From Meyerozyma guilliermondii (lineage: Eukaryota), in the NCBI GenBank assembly GCA_051546255.1, contig CP128815.1:558001-622000 (forward strand): a stretch of DNA of 64,000 nucleotides, read 5' to 3'. Below the pieces are notes generated by a model. The model saw only the letters and a program-made list of their open reading frames with translations, did no database searches and was not told the DNA's origin. Position 1 is the first letter of the stretch. Each line of letters begins with the position of its first letter. Below, in pieces: positions 62,076 through 64,000 of the stretch. A program made the translations under genes and the position numbers.

Positions 62076-62768
62076 ATGCCAGACTTGGTGATCGTAGCCG
62101 TTGGCGGTCCTTCCAGCTCGGGGAAAAGCACATGCGCCAACGCGTTGCATTGCTTGTTTGCAAATTCCATTCTTGTGCATCTCGATGACTTTTATTTTCC
62201 AGATAGTAAAATACCCATAGACAATAATCTCAACGTGCAAAATTGGGATTGTCCCGAAGCAATTGACTTTGACAAGTTTTACCGGTACCTTAAAAACTTG
62301 AAGCTGGGAGGTCTGTTGGAACATGACGCTCCATCTTTGGAAATAGATCCACACTTGAAATTGACTACTGATGAAATTTCATCTTTAAAGCAAAAATGTG
62401 CAGCAATTATGCCCCACGAAACTTTGGTATTTATAGACGGGTTCATGTTATTCCACGACAAGAAACTTATTTCCTTGTACGACAAGAAACTCTTTTTTCA
62501 CGCTTCTTATGAAACTTTAAAAACTAGACGAGAAAGTCGTCAAGGTTATAATACAGCTGAAGGCTTTTGGGTGGACCCTCCTCATTATTTCGAACGAATA
62601 GTGTGGCCAGAATACGTCAGGACCCACCTGTACTTGTTTGAAAATGGTGATGTCAACTCTTCTTTAAACGAAACTGCTGCAAAATTGGGTGTTAAAAGTA
62701 TACGAAACAACGAAGGAACAACGTTGAAAAATTTAGTGGAAGTTGCTTTGGAGAAATTAAGAGATTGA
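62076..62768 (+). CDS. NRK1: Nicotinamide riboside kinase
   Basis: GGPSSSGKST P-loop, HLDDFY, NWDCPEAIDF, DGFMLF, GYNTAEGFWVDPPHYF. Confidence 0.92.
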   Translation: MPDLVIVAVGGPSSSGKSTCANALHCLFANSILVHLDDFYFPDSKIPIDNNLNVQNWDCPEAIDFDKFYRYLKNLKLGGLLEHDAPSLEIDPHLKLTTDEISSLKQKCAAIMPHETLVFIDGFMLFHDKKLISLYDKKLFFHASYETLKTRRESRQGYNTAEGFWVDPPHYFERIVWPEYVRTHLYLFENGDVNSSLNETAAKLGVKSIRNNEGTTLKNLVEVALEKLRD

Positions 62769-62977
62769 CAATAGAGAATAGAAGTGGAATTAGACATTAG
62801 ACATAGAATAGTATATAGAATTTCGTATCTAGGATGGTTGCAATTAGATGATAGACTTATTACATTGAACTGACTATACACAGATTTCTAAACTTCAGCA
62901 CTAGTTTTTTCAGCTAGGTTTTCTTCATAAACTTCAATTCTAAGTCGTTCGACTACTTACCTCTATAGTTTCTCATC

Positions 62978-64000
62978 CTACTTTTTCGACTTCTTCTTCT
63001 GCTTCTTCAACTCTTTCATCTCCTGCTCGTAAATGCTCGAAGCACTCTCTCCCTTTCTCTTTGAAACTTTCTTGTTTTTAATGCTCACAACTCCCTTACC
63101 TTTAGCTGCCTTGGTCACAGCATTTCCAGCTGCTTCCCAGTCTTCGTCGTCAGCAATTGCATACTTGTTCAAGTTGAGATTATTAATGAGTTCTCGTTGC
63201 TTCAACTTTAATTCATTGACAGCGTCATTACCGGCCTCCTCGAGATCATCTTCAAGTTGCTGTTCGATAGCTTCATAGTCAACATGCTCTTTCTTACCTT
63301 CCATTTCTTGAACGTCTTCGTCTTCCAAAGCTGGCATAGACTCTTCAATCGACTGGCTCAAAATTCCTCTAAAGTAAGTGGAGAACTTACGCACAATTTT
63401 GGCAAACATCGCCATGGATTGGTTTGAAGGCAAGTTCAATTCTTTCGAAACAGCATCGATATCCTTTCTTTGGAGCCCAATAGCCAAAAGAATTGCTCCC
63501 TGGACAGAAGACAAGTTGAGGTGATCGCTGGTTTTTCCAGAAAAGTATACTGATGCAAGCAATGGGAGCATATCGATAATGACATGGTAGTCCAACAAGT
63601 TGTTGGCGTACGAATCCAATCTCTTCAAATCAAAAGGAGAGAGAACTTCATCAAGTTGAGCCTTGGTCAATGGAGAGGAGTTTTTGAGTGCACCTGCTGC
63701 TTCGACCGCTTCAAGAATGTTTAGTGCTTGAATGCAAGAAAACTTTCTGAATTCATAGGAGAGAAGCTGAATAAATCTCTTATGGAAATCTTTGGCAAAC
63801 TCATTTAACCAACCCGATTCACGATCTGGAAGAACATTGATCATAACTGCAGTATGTTCGCCTGTCAACTCATTGGCTGTTTGCCGTAAGTAAACTGGAA
63901 CAAATCCTGCTCTTTTCCAAAACTTGTGTAATTGCGGTGTGAGTCCGTAAGATACTCCGAGGTAATGCAAATGGTATGGTGGTTTTTCTGAAAGCTTCAA
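62978..64000 (-). CDS. KRE33: RNA cytidine acetyltransferase Kre33/NAT10, 3' part (partial)
   Basis: YLGVSYGLT, PVYLRQTANELTGEHT, SPFDLKRLDSYANNLLDYHVI, Lys-rich tail. Confidence 0.95.
   Translation of the reverse strand: MKLSEKPPYHLHYLGVSYGLTPQLHKFWKRAGFVPVYLRQTANELTGEHTAVMINVLPDRESGWLNEFAKDFHKRFIQLLSYEFRKFSCIQALNILEAVEAAGALKNSSPLTKAQLDEVLSPFDLKRLDSYANNLLDYHVIIDMLPLLASVYFSGKTSDHLNLSSVQGAILLAIGLQRKDIDAVSKELNLPSNQSMAMFAKIVRKFSTYFRGILSQSIEESMPALEDEDVQEMEGKKEHVDYEAIEQQLEDDLEEAGNDAVNELKLKQRELINNLNLNKYAIADDEDWEAAGNAVTKAAKGKGVVSIKNKKVSKRKGESASSIYEQEMKELKKQKKKSKK

Overview
Gene-dense nuclear chromosomal segment of a budding yeast of the CUG-Ser clade (Serinales). CTG codons sit at conserved Ser positions and respiratory complex I subunit genes are present. 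There are about 37 protein-coding genes, mostly housekeeping orthologues in recognisable ancestral synteny (YVH1-MND2; BOI-CDC27-TMN3; ORC6-SET1-MSH1; bL35m-NMA111; EAF7-NAM9; MTQ1-GCD10-NOP2-ARP5; YDJ1-AQR1/QDR). Four coding introns missed by the ORF track (CIT1, ATP3, NDUFB10, FYV6) and a probable 5'-UTR intron (SUN-family gene) can be read directly; all place the branch point almost on the 3' splice site. I found no tRNA, rRNA, CRISPR array or intact transposon. Best leads: (1) an unannotated 688-aa protein that looks like a strongly diverged Gid4/Gid10-family N-degron receptor; (2) a decayed mitochondrial LAGLIDADG fragment (NUMT); (3) an apparently gene-less promoter at 113-1050; (4) a recurrent tandem TTCGCACT promoter motif; (5) a possible GUG start/uORF on a Bop3-like gene; (6) a Pro-rich in-frame tail behind the BOI stop codon. 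All family assignments come from remembered motifs, not from database searches.
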